In this document: positions 29,035 to 42,600 of the stretch, one piece after another | Layout of the letters: each line of letters starts with the position of its first letter | How positions within the stretch are numbered: position 1 is the first letter of the stretch | From: Amoeboaphelidium protococcarum X5 | Taxonomy: Eukaryota > Fungi > Aphelidiomycota | DNA length: 64,000 bases | Assembly: GCA_023515725.1 (NCBI GenBank) | Contig: JALDTO010000207.1 | Span: forward strand, 147,573 to 211,572 | Reading direction: 5' to 3' | Notes under the pieces: generated by a model | What the model saw: the letters and a program-made list of their open reading frames with translations, nothing else | Database searches by the model: none | Told to the model about the DNA's origin: nothing | Made by a program: the position numbers and the translations under genes

Positions 29035-30744
29035 TCAAATATTCAAAGATCGTATAATCACAGAGAACAAGTCCTCAGGTAAGTAGTACTGAAGGATAAG
29101 AAGTTTGAGTTTGCATTGCTTGCTCAGGTCTTTCTATTCCACCTCCAATTCTTCGATTTCTAGTTATACATTTCCCATGATTTCATCAAGCTCAACTTAC
29201 TCTGTTTTGATTAACTTTTATAGACTTTAAATCTGCTTTTCTTGATCCTTAATTTAATCTAATATCGACGCGTAAGTCCGCTTCATCTAATGACCGTTCG
29301 CGAGTAACTGCTCTAAATCCAACACAGCTTGCTCTTCTTCTCTTTTAGCAGCCTAAACGTTAGCCTTCTCTTTCAGCAATTCATCGTCTAGCCTGCGAGA
29401 TTCTTCAACTAAATTCTTACCTCCAACTACAATCTTAGACTAAAGATTCTGCAGCTCCTGTTCCATTGACAGACGCTAAGTTCGCTCTTTAGTCAATATA
29501 TCTCTTTTCTATTCTACAGCCTAAATTAATCTCTACTTTTCAATCTCGTTCATGCTGATATCTGATTAGATTTCTCGCAATTATTCATTTAACTGATCTA
29601 ACTGAGATTGCTCCAGTGCGCTAAGCTCTGCTTCATTGGAACTATCCATATCCGATTGAATTTACTAGATTTGATTTTACACCTAAAGCACCATGGCATT
29701 CTAAGGCTTATCATTCACCAATGGCTTATTCTTTATTTACTTTGCACGCCAAGCATATCTTAAAGTATTCAGCGTCTCAGATAGATTGCTCTAATCTGGG
29801 CTTATGGTGGCTATCATTAATGTTTTCGAATTGCCTCCCAACGCATCTTGCAGTAGTCGCGTAAGTTTGCTATCTCTGTATGGAATATGAGGAGCACCGG
29901 ATACTATTGAGCTCATGACGTGTGCGAGAGCAGTGAGCGAAAGATTAATCTTGGTAGCTTCTGCAAATCTGATACTAGTGGATTAAGTCTTCGATTAGCG
30001 CTCACTACCAGCAAGATCAACCAGGCTGAGTTTTCCCACCTTCACATTAGCTACTCCACCATTCTACGATCTTTGACATTATTCAACAAAAACTTGAAAT
30101 ACAGCGTGCGATCGAGATGAGACATCATTGATGGCTGTAGCGCCTGTGGCTCTATTAGCTTGTCCTTTCTGCAGCAACGCTGTCAACTCATCATAAGATT
30201 GCACAACGACTTCAGATAGACCAACTACAGATATAGCACCATCTCTATCCTTGAGCTCTAATTTATCCATAGATGAGCCATTTTACCTTTAATCAGAAAG
30301 CAAATCCCTCAGCTCTTCATTATAAATCTCGACAAACGATGCTCTGATTAGATACGTAACATTCCTGTCCTTTGACGACGAGATCGTATCAAAAATTCTT
30401 CTAAAACATCGAGGCATTACTCCTAACGACTCCTCCTGCTACAATTGGCCTTACATGGTAAACGTCTTGCCACTTCCAGTCTGACCATATGCAAAAATGG
30501 TTCCACTATATCCCTAGAGAACGCTATCTACAATATCTGTGCACGATTTTAAAAAGATCTCTTTCTGCTACGAAGATTGATCGTAGCATTGATCAAATGT
30601 AAATCTCTTCTCATCAGATGTTGAAACAACAACATTGTCTTCAACTCTGATAACAGAAGATTCAGAGTGTAAATCAATCCCTTTAAGCAGTGGTCTTACA
30701 CGAACAGCAACTTTAATACGCTCCCTAAAACTTTCTTTCGACAT
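29035..30744 (-). CDS. Kinesin-2 (KIF3-like) motor subunit, 569 aa
   Basis: [30 protein letters not shown] and [20 protein letters not shown]; stalk motifs KIVVGG and [11 protein letters not shown] typical of KIF3. Confidence 0.88.
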
Positions 30745-30889
30745 CCTTATTGAGTGTTTTAATGGGTCAATGGAGGAAAAAGTGAATAAAATATGCTGTT
30801 GTCACCATGACTACAAAGAGAATACTTTATAAATTTTAAAACAAACTCGTATTAAAACCCAGATAAGAAGAGACTTTATTACATTACTA

Positions 30890-31168
30890 TCACTTTGCTA
30901 ACATCTGAGCACACTTATTCAATAGAACACTGACTTCTTCGATGTCCTTGACCACAATTTGAATGTCATCTGACATCGTTTCAGACTTGGAGTTCAACGC
31001 GTGCACGCGCTGTGCCAGATGAGTTCTGTGAGTTGCAAACAGAGCCTTGAACGCGCCCATCAACTGATCTTCAATAGATTACAACTACATCAACTATTGA
31101 TTATGGAACTCTTTAATTTACTAGCCAAACTTGTGCTCAATTTCATCATTTGTATTGTTGTTATTCAT
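30890..31168 (-). CDS. Small coiled-coil hypothetical protein, 92 aa
   Basis: Table-6 ORF filling the gap between SUA5 and the kinesin; heptad-like pattern. Confidence 0.5.
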
Positions 31169-31277
31169 TGTAATGTATGCAGGACCACTTAATTGCAGTT
31201 GAGATGTTAGATAGAAGTTGATAAAGAGGAAAAAAGGGTGAAACAAAAAAAGAGAAATCTAAAAGTTCATCAAAATT

Positions 31278-32321
31278 TCACTGAGCCGACTTCTTTAAAC
31301 GGTCCATAACAGCAGCTCCAAGACCACGACTGCTTACAATTGGAGCATAGATAAAGTCACATCCCACTTCATCCAAATATCGCAAAGCACGGAACAAATG
31401 CTTTGCGTATATTACGTTGTCTTTATCTGACTAAATATCATAAATGACATGCTTAGATCCATCTTTACAGTGTTCTCTGATTTCAGATTCAAGAAAGGAC
31501 TCATTTAGTTATGTGAGACGTATTAAACCAATACAACGACCAGAATCATTCAATGAAAGCTCATTAAAATCAGAATATAATCGAACACTGGCAGATGGCG
31601 CGTAATGTTTGTACTTCATACCGGGTGTAGCGGGCTTATTGGTATCAATCAGTGAATGTCTAGACGCGTCAAAATACTCTGCATTCTCGTAACCAGGTAC
31701 TTTACGCAAGTCTTCAAGCGAAAGACCTCCTGGTCGCAATATCAATGGAGTACCATGGATTGTGAGTGCATCGACAACAGTACTTTCTAATCCGACAGAA
31801 CACTCTTCATCTGCATCCTGTATAATCAATGAAATCAGACCATCAAGATCATTCATAACGTATGCAGCACGCGTAGGAGACACCTTAGTCGAGAGGTTGG
31901 CTGATGGCGCAGAGAGCGGTTTACCAACACGGCGGATAATCTCTCGCGCGATAGGATTAGCTGGACATCTTACACCGACAGTACCTTTGTCCGGGATTCT
32001 GAGTATAACAGTGAGCGGTCCTGGCCAATATTTGGATAGTAATTCCAAATACATCTGCGGTATATTGCCATAAAATCTATACGCCATCTCAATATCACAA
32101 ACGTGTTCAATCAATGGATTATCGGAAGGTCGATTCTTTACTTTGTAAATCTTTTGCACAGCCTCAGGATTGGTCGAATCAGCAGCCAAACCGTACACTG
32201 TCTCTGTGGGAATAGCCACCAGCTCTCCCGCTTTCAGTAATTCCACAGCCTCTTTAATATTCTTATCATCTTATATATCACCCACTGATACCGATGCTAT
32301 ACGCGTATTATATGAATTCAT
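31278..32321 (-). CDS. SUA5: Threonylcarbamoyl-AMP synthase Sua5
   Basis: AIPTETVYGLAA, KNRPSDNPLI, APSANLS, GLESTV, PGMKYKHYAP and AVMDRLKK motifs. Confidence 0.95.
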
Positions 32322-32581
32322 ACTGTTTACTAGAATTTTCTATATCTTTTCTCTAGTTAAGTAAAATGATCACAGGTCGGACGAAATGTCGTGAGAAGTT
32401 GTCTGAGCGCGCACGGTGATCTTTCACAGAACTTCACTGGTCGTTTCTCGCGTCAATCTCTCTCTTGTCGTCCTGTTCGTTTTGACTGGCATCTGCTTTC
32501 CTCACTTGCACTTGTATATTTGCTTTCATTAGTATCTATTGGTGGCGGCTGTCTCTTGGGAAGCCCATCTATATTCTTATT

Positions 32582-34231
32582 ATGATATACGCTTTGCCTT
32601 CTGTTTTGTTAAGCTTGGCTGTATTAATAAGCTGCTTGTTCTCTTTGGGACATGGTAAACTGGTTACCGAGGATCAGCTGCCGTTGAGAACTAGCGGTAG
32701 ATGGATCGTGGACAGTTACGGTAAGCGGGTGAAATTGGGCTGTATCAACTGGCATGGTGCTCATATGAACACTTATGCTCCATCTGGATTACATTTCAAG
32801 TCTAGCAAGTACATTGCTTAGAAGATTCGCTCTCTTGGCTTCAATTGCGTGAGATTGAATTGGTCTCTGGAACTGGTTCTCCGCAATCCAGTTGTGAACA
32901 GAGATGCGATCAAGGCGATGTTAGAGAGTGGAAGATTGGATCCATCAGTGCAAGATCACCACGCCTTGTCTATAATCGACGCCGTTATCTAGGATCTGGC
33001 CAGTGAATAGGTGATGGTAATTCTAGATAATCATGTCAGTGATCCCACTTGGTGTTGTGATCCCCGCGATGCCAATGGTTTATGGTTTAATGAGAGGTAT
33101 TCTGCTGAAGATTTTGAACGTGCCTGGATACTGATGGCTCAGAGATATGCTCACGAGAAGTATGTGATAGGCACTGATCTACGTAATGAAATCAGACCAG
33201 ATATCCAGTTTAGTGTGAAGCCATTCCAGATACCTAAAGTTGTTGTGAAATTGCCTGGTTGGAATAGCGGTGACATTCGCGTACCTTTGAAGAGTTATGC
33301 ACCTGAAATATACAATTACGATCATCCCGATCTGACTGATATTAAGAATAGAGCCTTGTTGTTCGTGTTTAAACAAGTTATCGCAGTGACGCAGGTTGAA
33401 GTTTATGACTGGCGCACTGCAGCCACGCGTGTTGGTAATTCTATCATGAAAGTGAACAAGAATGTAATGATTATTGTCCAGGGACTGTTTGATATTAATG
33501 CATATCTTCCTAATGCTGTGCAGTTGATCTTGTATTATCTCAAGATTGATCCTGATTTGCATCGTTTGGTTGGCAAGTATTTCGATATTCCACTATCTGT
33601 GACTGAGCATGAGTAGATTCACAATCTGACTGGCATCAGAAATCATCCTATCGAGTTTGGCTAGTCGCGTTTTAACAGCAATATGGATAATCGCCTCGTT
33701 TACTCTGCTCATGTTTATCCATTTTTCTATCAAGGTAGCAGGTATAGTTGGAATGGAACTGATCCATTTTATCAGTCTTACGCGCAGACTTTGGATACTT
33801 TTTGGGGATACATATTCAAGGAGGGCATTGCACCACTCTGGGTAGGTGAGACTGGTAATTTTGGATCTGCTCGTGGACTGGAGCCGTCGTGGTTGAATTA
33901 CAACTTGAGATACTTGAGGGAGAATGATTTGGATTTTGCCTACTGGCCACTGGCTGATGCTCGACCTATAATCGATTCTGATGGCAAGTTCAGTGCTGGT
34001 GGAGATGAATACGCTCTACTTAATCGTGATTTTAGCGATCTTCAGTACCGGCCAATGTATGAAAGTTTTAAGGACTTGTTTGAGCCAACTCAGTCTGAAG
34101 ATTTGGTGGAAACAGCGAGAAGCTATGGTAGTAGCTCGGGGTTTACCTGGTTGTGGGATTTCGCTTCTGAATAGCTTTAGCAGGTATACAAAGCATTGAC
34201 TGAATAATCGAATGAATTTGTCTTTTTTTGA
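32582..34231 (+). CDS. Secreted glycoside hydrolase family 5, 549 aa
   Basis: Signal peptide; LRTSGRWIVD..VKLGCINW, LDNH, LRNEIR (acid/base), VYSAHVY and LWVGETG (nucleophile). Confidence 0.92.
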
Positions 34232-34402
34232 CACACTGTAGTAATAAGCATTTAAATAAATATCAGGCAGGTAAACATCATTTATTTAAACCACAACAAC
34301 AATAACAATAACAACAATTACTATAACAAAACCAACTTGACTTGTATCGTAAGATTCTCTTCTCTAAACATTAACAGCAATAAAATGTCCTCCATACGCA
34401 TA

Positions 34403-36121
34403 TCATAAAATCTCGACAACATTAGTCTTGGAATCGACAAAAGGATTCTCATCAATAATGATTTCAGATTACTTTGTTCGCTTTGGAGACACTTTAATAC
34501 CGGCTTTGAGAGAGGCTGGATGGTCCAGAGATGCAGCAGATGGAGACAGAGGAGTTTTCAATGTCAATTTCTTTACTTTCGTTGATACTGAAAGTTCATC
34601 ATCAACTTTAATAGACTTTTTCTCAAGTGCACCAGCTGATTACGATTTCAGTGACTTATTCTTAGTAGTTTTGTTATTGTTATTATTCTTCTTGTTGTTC
34701 TTGGGCAAAATAGTGGATGTATGCTTCTTCTTTCTTGCTTACATTGCGTGATCCAGCTCATTGACGATGGACCAGATATGAGAGCAAATACTGTCAGCTT
34801 CACCCAGCCAGGTGACATCGAACAGATCCTTCCACTCTGCACCAATCGGTGTTTTATTTATCAACACTGTTCTGATAGGGCGTTTGGGAGGATTAATAGA
34901 AGCACGGCGATTCTTTGTACTTGCATTCAACTTGGCTCTATTCACACCTGAACCATTATGGAGATGTTAATCATCATCATCTACGACATCATCCAAAGAT
35001 TTAACTTATCGAGCAAAATCCTTAACCAAAGTCTTGATACCAGCCACTTTGAGGGTAGTGCCCATGACTAGCAGCAGATCTGGTCTCTTCTTCAGGTCAG
35101 ACTCCCAACACTATCCAATAGTATCACAGGCAGAGTGATGTTCATTGTACAGAATAATATCAGGCCTCAGAATACCAATAGGAAGAGATCTCTTACTAGC
35201 CCGTTCTCTTTACTAAGAACTACTTAGACAACGTGGACAAGCAGGTGGTTCACCTCCAGAAAATATGCGTGAATGAACATCATTAAACTCTTCCCGGTGC
35301 TTACAGACGGTACACGAGACATACTACAGTGTTCCATGAAGCATAACAACATCAGACTTTTTATCTTCCAAGTCACAGGTCATAGATAGCCGCTCCTCCA
35401 TGCAATCAATATTCTGAGTATAACAACGCAACAGCTTGCCTTTATCTTTAACATTCTTCAGAAATTGGTGCACTTCAGTAGGCGATGCTTTGTCCACCAT
35501 CTGCTTCAATTCTGCCATAAAAGAGTAGAAAACCTTGGTGCTAGCTTCATCTTTAAACAGATGGGCATCGAATATGTCCTTACCTTTCACCGCGGCATCC
35601 GGGTACTTTTACTTCACCATATTGTACAAGCCATTCATTGAGCGAAAGTCTGGTATTCCACCACTAACACTGATACCAGCACCGGTGACTATCACGATTC
35701 GCTTAGCCTTGTGCACAGCATGAACAACTTCATCCGCAATATTACGATGTGGATGCAGAGTAGTTGTATCAACCACATTATCATGCAGTATCATGCCCTT
35801 CTACAATGGTATTTTCGCTTTCAATCGAGAGATATCTTGCTCGCTTTGGTCTTCAAATGAACTAGAAGAGGAGGATTATGACAATGTGACTGAAGACGAT
35901 GTCGTTGTGGACGACACTGCAGAGTACATTTACGATTTCTTCAACAAATGACCACCATCAACAGATAGGATATCAACCACACTCTATTTCACAAAAGTCT
36001 AAGTCTTCTTTACAGATGCAGATTATTATTTCTTTTTATTCTACATTTTAATTTACGCAATTTCATCATTCTCCTTCTCATGGATGATAGTGGTCTGCTC
36101 CTTTTATCGACGACTTATCAT
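34403..36121 (-). CDS. NAD-dependent sirtuin, Hst3/Hst4-like
   Basis: TGAGISVSGGIPDFRS, KGKDIFDA, YTQNID, HG, Zn-ribbon, LRPDIILYNE and MGTTLKVAG motifs. Confidence 0.92.
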
Positions 36122-36597
36122 ACTGATGTTGCACTTAAAAAAACACTCAATCCACAACACAAATTTTAATTATTTTATCACTGAGCAGTACACCACACGG
36201 AAATAATGCAGATGTATAGACAAACGATAAATATATGGAGTATGAGCAGTATAGTGGAATGGAGCAGTGATGAGTTTGTTGTTTGGTGAATAAAGACGCC
36301 GAACACTTTCACCAGAAACAGAATTTCGTTTCACTTTTCTCTTTTGGATGAATGAAGAGAGAGAGAGAGAGACGCGAAACATCAAGCCCGCGAAGATTGA
36401 AGAGAGTCACCCACTGACACTGAACGACGACGGCCTGTGCACTAAAAGTCGTTTTTTGATTCCGTGTTAACTGTGAGAGAAGGTCAACGCCGGATGTGTT
36501 ATAGTATCATCGCGAGTAAAGCAAAATACAACAGAGCAATGAGAATGACACGAAAGGAAATGATAGATTCATATCAAATATAAAAAAGCTCTCTTCT

Positions 36598-38196
36598 TCA
36601 ACGCTGGTTCAAATACTCTTGCAGCTTGTCCACTCCAGACTTTGCCATCGATTTAACAGTGCCAATATCCGCTTGGGCTTGACTGACAAAAGTCTTGGCG
36701 AAATCTTTAACCAGAACATCAGCATTGCCAATAACGTCATTCAGATTATTGATCTTTGGACCATTAGACAATTCATCTTCATCACGTCCGTAATACTGAG
36801 CACTGGAGATGGAATTCTATCCTCTGAATTGTTGCAAACGTTGCTATGACTCTGCATCGGCTGGTGCATGATTACCACGCTCAAAATACATGTCAGATGA
36901 TATAGACTTGGCGTTCTTGAATTTATTTTAAGCAGAATCAGATGACGGGACATCGTACTGAGACTGACCGACAGAACCAAAACTTGATACAGAGCTGCGA
37001 TTAGCTTACTGTTACATGGCAGCTGGATTCGCAGTCATACCGAATCCCAATTTAACTGGTTTAGGCGCTGTATTAGACTGAGACTGGGTGGATGTACTCA
37101 TTCCACTGGCTTTCATCTCTTACTATCGCTAGGCCTGGGCTTAAGCCTCCTTCTCAGCCTACTCCTTCCTCATCTAAGCTTCCAGCAGACCTTATTTCTA
37201 TAACTCTTCCAGTCGATTGGCCTCCTCTTTAGCCTTCTTCTCCATCTCTTCAAATGAGATTCCCTGCACCTTCTTCACACCCAACTTGCCCTTCTTCTTA
37301 GTAGTGGTGATAGCAGAGCTAGATGAAGCACTTTGAGATTAACCTTGTATAATGTTCATACCAGCACTAACATCATCATTACTAGTCTTTTCCACAGGAC
37401 TGGTGGCTGACAACATCTTCTTCATATTCTACTACTACTGATCGTCTTCAGCATGGACAAGCCTCATTCGTTACTCCACTTCTTATTACGCAACTACAGG
37501 CTATTACTGCTATTGCTACTACTATGATTAACCACCGCCAAATGCTGACAAAGATGGTGTGCTGTTTATAGAGCGCTAAGGAGAACTATTCCACTTGGCA
37601 TCGTCAAAGAAATCGTCATCATTAGCTCCGTCACCTGCGGAAGAAGATCCTGCACCATCCTTATTATTACTATCACTAGAATCAAGCACTTGGACAGCAG
37701 CCACCGCCATCATTCCAGACTAACCAGAAGCAGCAGAGTCTGACGGCTTCTCTGCTAGAACGACGCCATTAAGACTAATAGAATGTGGGAAATTGGCAGA
37801 ATCATCTTTCACCATCTATTGCAACTTCTCCTTGTACATCTGTGCTCCCTATGACTCGTATCGACTCTTGGCATCCAATCCCCCATCCGGTTAGATTCCA
37901 TACTTTTAAAAATGTTTATACGCCGCATCATTTCCGCCAACTTTCAGTGCCCTCAATTAATCCCAAGTCCACTGATCCAAGTTTAGACTTCTTACAAAAG
38001 ACAGGTGTACTCCGAGATTACGATGGACACTAGAGCAGTTGAGGCACAGGTAGATGCCATATGTCACACTAGACCAAGTTGGATTCTTGCTCTTACAGTC
38101 AAAGCACACTTAATTCGCCGGAGAGGTGGCCTGCAGCTTCTTGATAATTTCAATAGCAATCTGCTTTGAAGCAACCTATTTATTATTATTGTTCAT
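36598..38196 (-). CDS. GLO3: ArfGAP, Glo3/ArfGAP2-3 type
   Basis: [37 protein letters not shown]; KLGVKK and KLGFG Glo3 motifs. Confidence 0.92.
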
Positions 38197-38577
38197 AATT
38201 CTAAACTTTCCAATTTTATATCGAGAGAAGAATTACAGTACAGTACAGTAGTCCCGTTGAAGGAAAAGAAGTGAGAGAGAGCCGAGCCTTTCCTGTCCAA
38301 ACCGACCAAAGTCTATTTTGTTTCGACTCACCGACAACTGGAGAAGAAAAGAGGCTATTGTGAATATCCTTCTCACTAAATTTTAATCGTTGATATGCAA
38401 CAATAATGATGATGTAATTAAAGAAAGTATTTATGTGCTTGAAACTATCATCTGAATTATTATAAAGAGTTGGAAAGATGCGGAACCTCAATATTCTGTG
38501 TTATTAAAAGAGTCAATTTTACAGCAGAGAAATGACGCGACAAAATATGTTTAAAAAACTCAATTAAATCATCCTAG

Positions 38578-39231
38578 TCAAATGTCATCGTCGTTCAGGA
38601 AAGAGGCCGGGATGGTCACTTTTTCACCTTGTTTGAAAGCAGGCATACCAGCATACGGACATGAGGCACATCTAAACGCGTCACCGAGATAACAACTACC
38701 ACATGATGACTTAAATGCAGGATCAACTACTTTTGGGACGGAGGCAGCTGATGGTTGTTCTGATGTTTTCTTTGATAGATTCAATTCCTCTTCAGCACGT
38801 CCACAAGTGCAATCTTTACAAGCCTTCTTCTTGGTCTCACAATTGGCTCTGAGTGAATCCGCGGATGGCTTTACGTAATCAGCTTCATCAATTAGCGCGC
38901 TTTCGTCAATTAAATCATCATCATTATTATCCTCTGCAATAGGCTTCGACTCTGCTTGCTTCTTTGCCAATTTCAGAGGTCTTGCTCCACCTTACGTGAC
39001 CTTAGAGCGGGTAGCGGTTACCGTAGTCTGATCTTTGCCTGTACTGTCGGCTGATTGTACATTCTAAAATCCATTAAAAAGCAACTCTTGCTTCAATGCA
39101 CTGACATTTGAGGACTAGACGAGTATAGAGATGGACTAGCCAGGAGCAACAGTCTACGATTATTATAAATTTTTCACAAAGAGCCCGATGTCTTCATCAA
39201 CACTAATTACCAACTATTTCTATTCACCCAT
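38578..39231 (-). CDS. DRE2: Fe-S cluster assembly protein Dre2/anamorsin
   Basis: [11 protein letters not shown] and [19 protein letters not shown] motifs. Confidence 0.95.
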
Positions 39232-39333
39232 ATTTTATATGATTTATCTGTTGCGTAATTTTAAATTGGCTCTTGAAGGAAGAAAAGAGAAAACTCTTGA
39301 ATCAAATCCGCGATCACGCGATCGAAATTCGTG

Positions 39334-39359
39334 GAAGAGATTGGTTGAAGAGATTGGTT
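39334..39359. repeat. 13-bp tandem repeat (GAAGAGATTGGTT x2), each unit carrying a CCAAT box
   Basis: Exact direct repeat in the DRE2/SCC3 divergent spacer. Confidence 0.7.
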
Positions 39360-39653
39360 GAGAACAAGATTTGTTTGAGCTATGATGACTTAGTGTGGCA
39401 AAGTCTTCACAACTAGAGTTGCGAAATGTGAAACAATACGCTTAGGTGTTTTCTCATATGGAAATTGATTTTGATTAAGAACGAATGGTAAAGCAGAATT
39501 ATTTCCCGTTTCAGAAGAGTTTTCCATCACGCGCTTTCGTTTCAAGTGTAATCTCGCTCTCTCTTCTCTCTTTTATCCTTTCAACGTGTCTCAACATTTG
39601 AATTGATACGCGAAAACGTTGTTTAAACCACAGATACTATTGTTATTTAGAAC

Positions 39654-42600
39654 ATGTCAACATCTCAAATGAATAGTCATTTATCTCAAGAGTCTCGGTA
39701 GGTCTTTTTCTGTAAGTTTATGTTCTATACATGAATCAACTTGCGTGTAGTGATGAACCTGTGACGCACTCCAAGTACGGTCGTAAGCGCAAACAAGTGA
39801 ACCTCAATGAGCAGTCGGAAGATGCAGTTGATCCAGAATCGGTGAATTCCCCTGAAAACTCTGAATATCATTCTTAAAGTAATACTATCTTCACTCTGTA
39901 TGCTTTATTCTATCACCATTGCTCGTGATTGTGTAGATGAGAGTTTGCAAGGTGAGTCTTAAATGGAAGCTGATGGAGCTGGTTCTCTGCTGAAACGTGC
40001 CAAAGGGAAAGCTGGAGTTCTGTAAGCAGATAAATTCTAAAGTGATGGAAACTCTTCCACTAATGGTCATTCATTGTTTCAAGTTATTTGCAATAGTAAT
40101 GCGGCTTTATAGTCTGTTGTGCAAGATTAGCTGGACCAGTTCCAGACCAATCCTGATGGGGTCGTTGTTGACTTAGTAAATCTAATCATTCAGTCTTCTG
40201 GGTGTCAATTGACTGTTTCCCTTGACTAAATTGACGCGGGCTTAGATTCAATACCAGGATTGCTGGAAGAGTTGTAACTTGTTGCCAGTCAGGAAAATAT
40301 ACCGGATGTGCCTCTGGAGAGTAACAAGAAGCAGTTCTCCAAGTTCAAGAAAAGACTGTTGGACTACTGGCAGAAGATGCTGAAATCTTTCGCTCATATC
40401 TTTCTAAGTGACTCTAACTTGAATGATACGTAGCAGTCTTCATCATTGAGTCAGTTGTCCAAGTCGTTTCAGAATGGCGGAGAAGTTTGGGCGTACTTGC
40501 GTGCGTTCATTATCACCTTGTCATCGTCTTCGTTCAGACCTTTCAGACACGTTGCAACTGTTGTATCGGTATCCTGTGTCACTGGTATTCTAACAACGCT
40601 GTAAAGTTGTGATAAAGAGCTTGTGTCCTTGCAGAAGAGAATTGCTTCATAGTCTATATCAGCATCACAGGTAAGTGAAATGGAGAAGAAGTCTCTATTG
40701 TTGCAAGGTTAAAAGGAGAATTTACTGGAGCATTTCAAAGACTTCTTTGACGGCGTTTATGTGCACAGGTATCGTGACGTGAATGATATCATACGCTTTG
40801 AAAGTATGTCTATGTACGCTAAATGGGTCAAAACTTGTCCTGAGGTATTTATGGATGCTCAATATCTCCGCTATTTGGGTTGGTCTCTATCTGATGTCTC
40901 CACTCAGCTACGCCAAGCCGCTGTTGATGATTTGGTAGAGCTGTTATAAAACAGCGACCTTGTTGATGGTTTGCGTAAATTTCTGGAGAGATTCAAATCC
41001 AGGATGATTGAAATGGCATTGTATGAGGAGGATGAGAAGGTCAGGAGCTCAATTGTAAGCAGATTGCTACCAAAACTTGTACAATACAACATTGTTGACG
41101 AGGAAGATTATCCGTTGTTGTATCCATTGGTCACCTTTGGCAATGTGGAATCATTGAGTAAGCTCGAAGATAACTTTCATGAAGCTTCATTGTCTAGTCG
41201 ATTTACTGCTGGAGAGTTAATGTTGCAGATATTCGCCTGCTCGAATGTTGGATCACTTGAGGATATGCAGCCATAAGATGCATTAGCGAAGCTGTCATAG
41301 TTTGTGCTGGACATTGTTAATGATTCTGAGGCAATGCGGTTGGATCAGGAAAAGCAATTGTTGGAAGATAATCCTTCGTTGATTGCCATTTTAAAGTCGG
41401 ACATTGGTTTAAACTAAGATTTGGTCTTGAAGTAATCTAAGCAGAGATTGCTTGTGTATATTGACAATGTTCTGGAAGCATTGATAGTTAACATCCTCCT
41501 GAATAAAGACGGATCATCTGACGTTGCTGGCGTATTTTAGGATGTTCTTCGTGAATGGCCTGGTATTCTGAAATCTCTAGTTTCCAAGATGAGTGCTACT
41601 TCAGAGTTGAGTTCTGCACATGCTGTTTGCCTCAGATTATTAATAACGTTTTGGAGAATTCAATTGAATCCTTATTGTCTTCTTCGTCATATTTCTCAGT
41701 CATCCAATGCTAAAACTGCGCTGCTTAAATCTATTAAAGCTCTGGCTCCAATGTGCAATTTATAGCTTTTATCCCTCATTTAGCATTCTCAAGATTATAT
41801 CAACCCTCTAATCGATGTTGTTGATCAATGTTCAGAAAGCAGTTCACAAGACGGCGATGGTGATCTTTGGTAAAGTGTCAACTTGAATAGTATTTATTAA
41901 TACTTGCAACTAGTACTTGTCAGTGTTGACAAGAGTTCAGAGCACTAACCGCAAAATAATGTCGACTTTGTGGACGCGCAAACCATATGGATGGAAATCC
42001 GAAAGAAAAAGTAGTATCTAGATCTTTGTCACAAGGTGATGCACAAATTCATTGTTGCCACATCCAGCCCTGATACCATTGGTCTCTTTTGCCAGCTCTT
42101 TGTTGCATCAGAAGCTGAGTCTAGTTGCTAATCTCTTCTTTCTCGACAGTCTGTGTTTGATTAGGAAGTTTTTTAGCTCGTTAAAGATGCCACTTCAGAA
42201 TTGAAATTGAATTTGACCAAGACTCTGAGTGACCACGTGGATGAGCTTGGACTGAAATCTGCTGCTCTTACTTGTGACCGTTTATCTGGCTTGTGTCCTT
42301 GGAATTTATAGCTTGATGGTGATGAATGTCTGGAATTATCTAGAATTTTCACCGCTTTAAAGTCCGTCATTGAAGGCCTTGCGAACAATTAAGTCGTTGA
42401 ATTCAACCAAGTGAATGCAAGCTTGAATTTTATCAATGGTTCGTGTGAGAGTCTTTTGGCAGTGAACAATGGCGACGATGAAGGAGCAGATGTGGATGAT
42501 AGATTGGATTCATCCGAGTCTTCTTCATCCGATGAAGCTTTGGTCATTCTATTGGCATCATTTACGCGCTTGTGTTTAACTGTATCTTTTCGCTTGTTGA

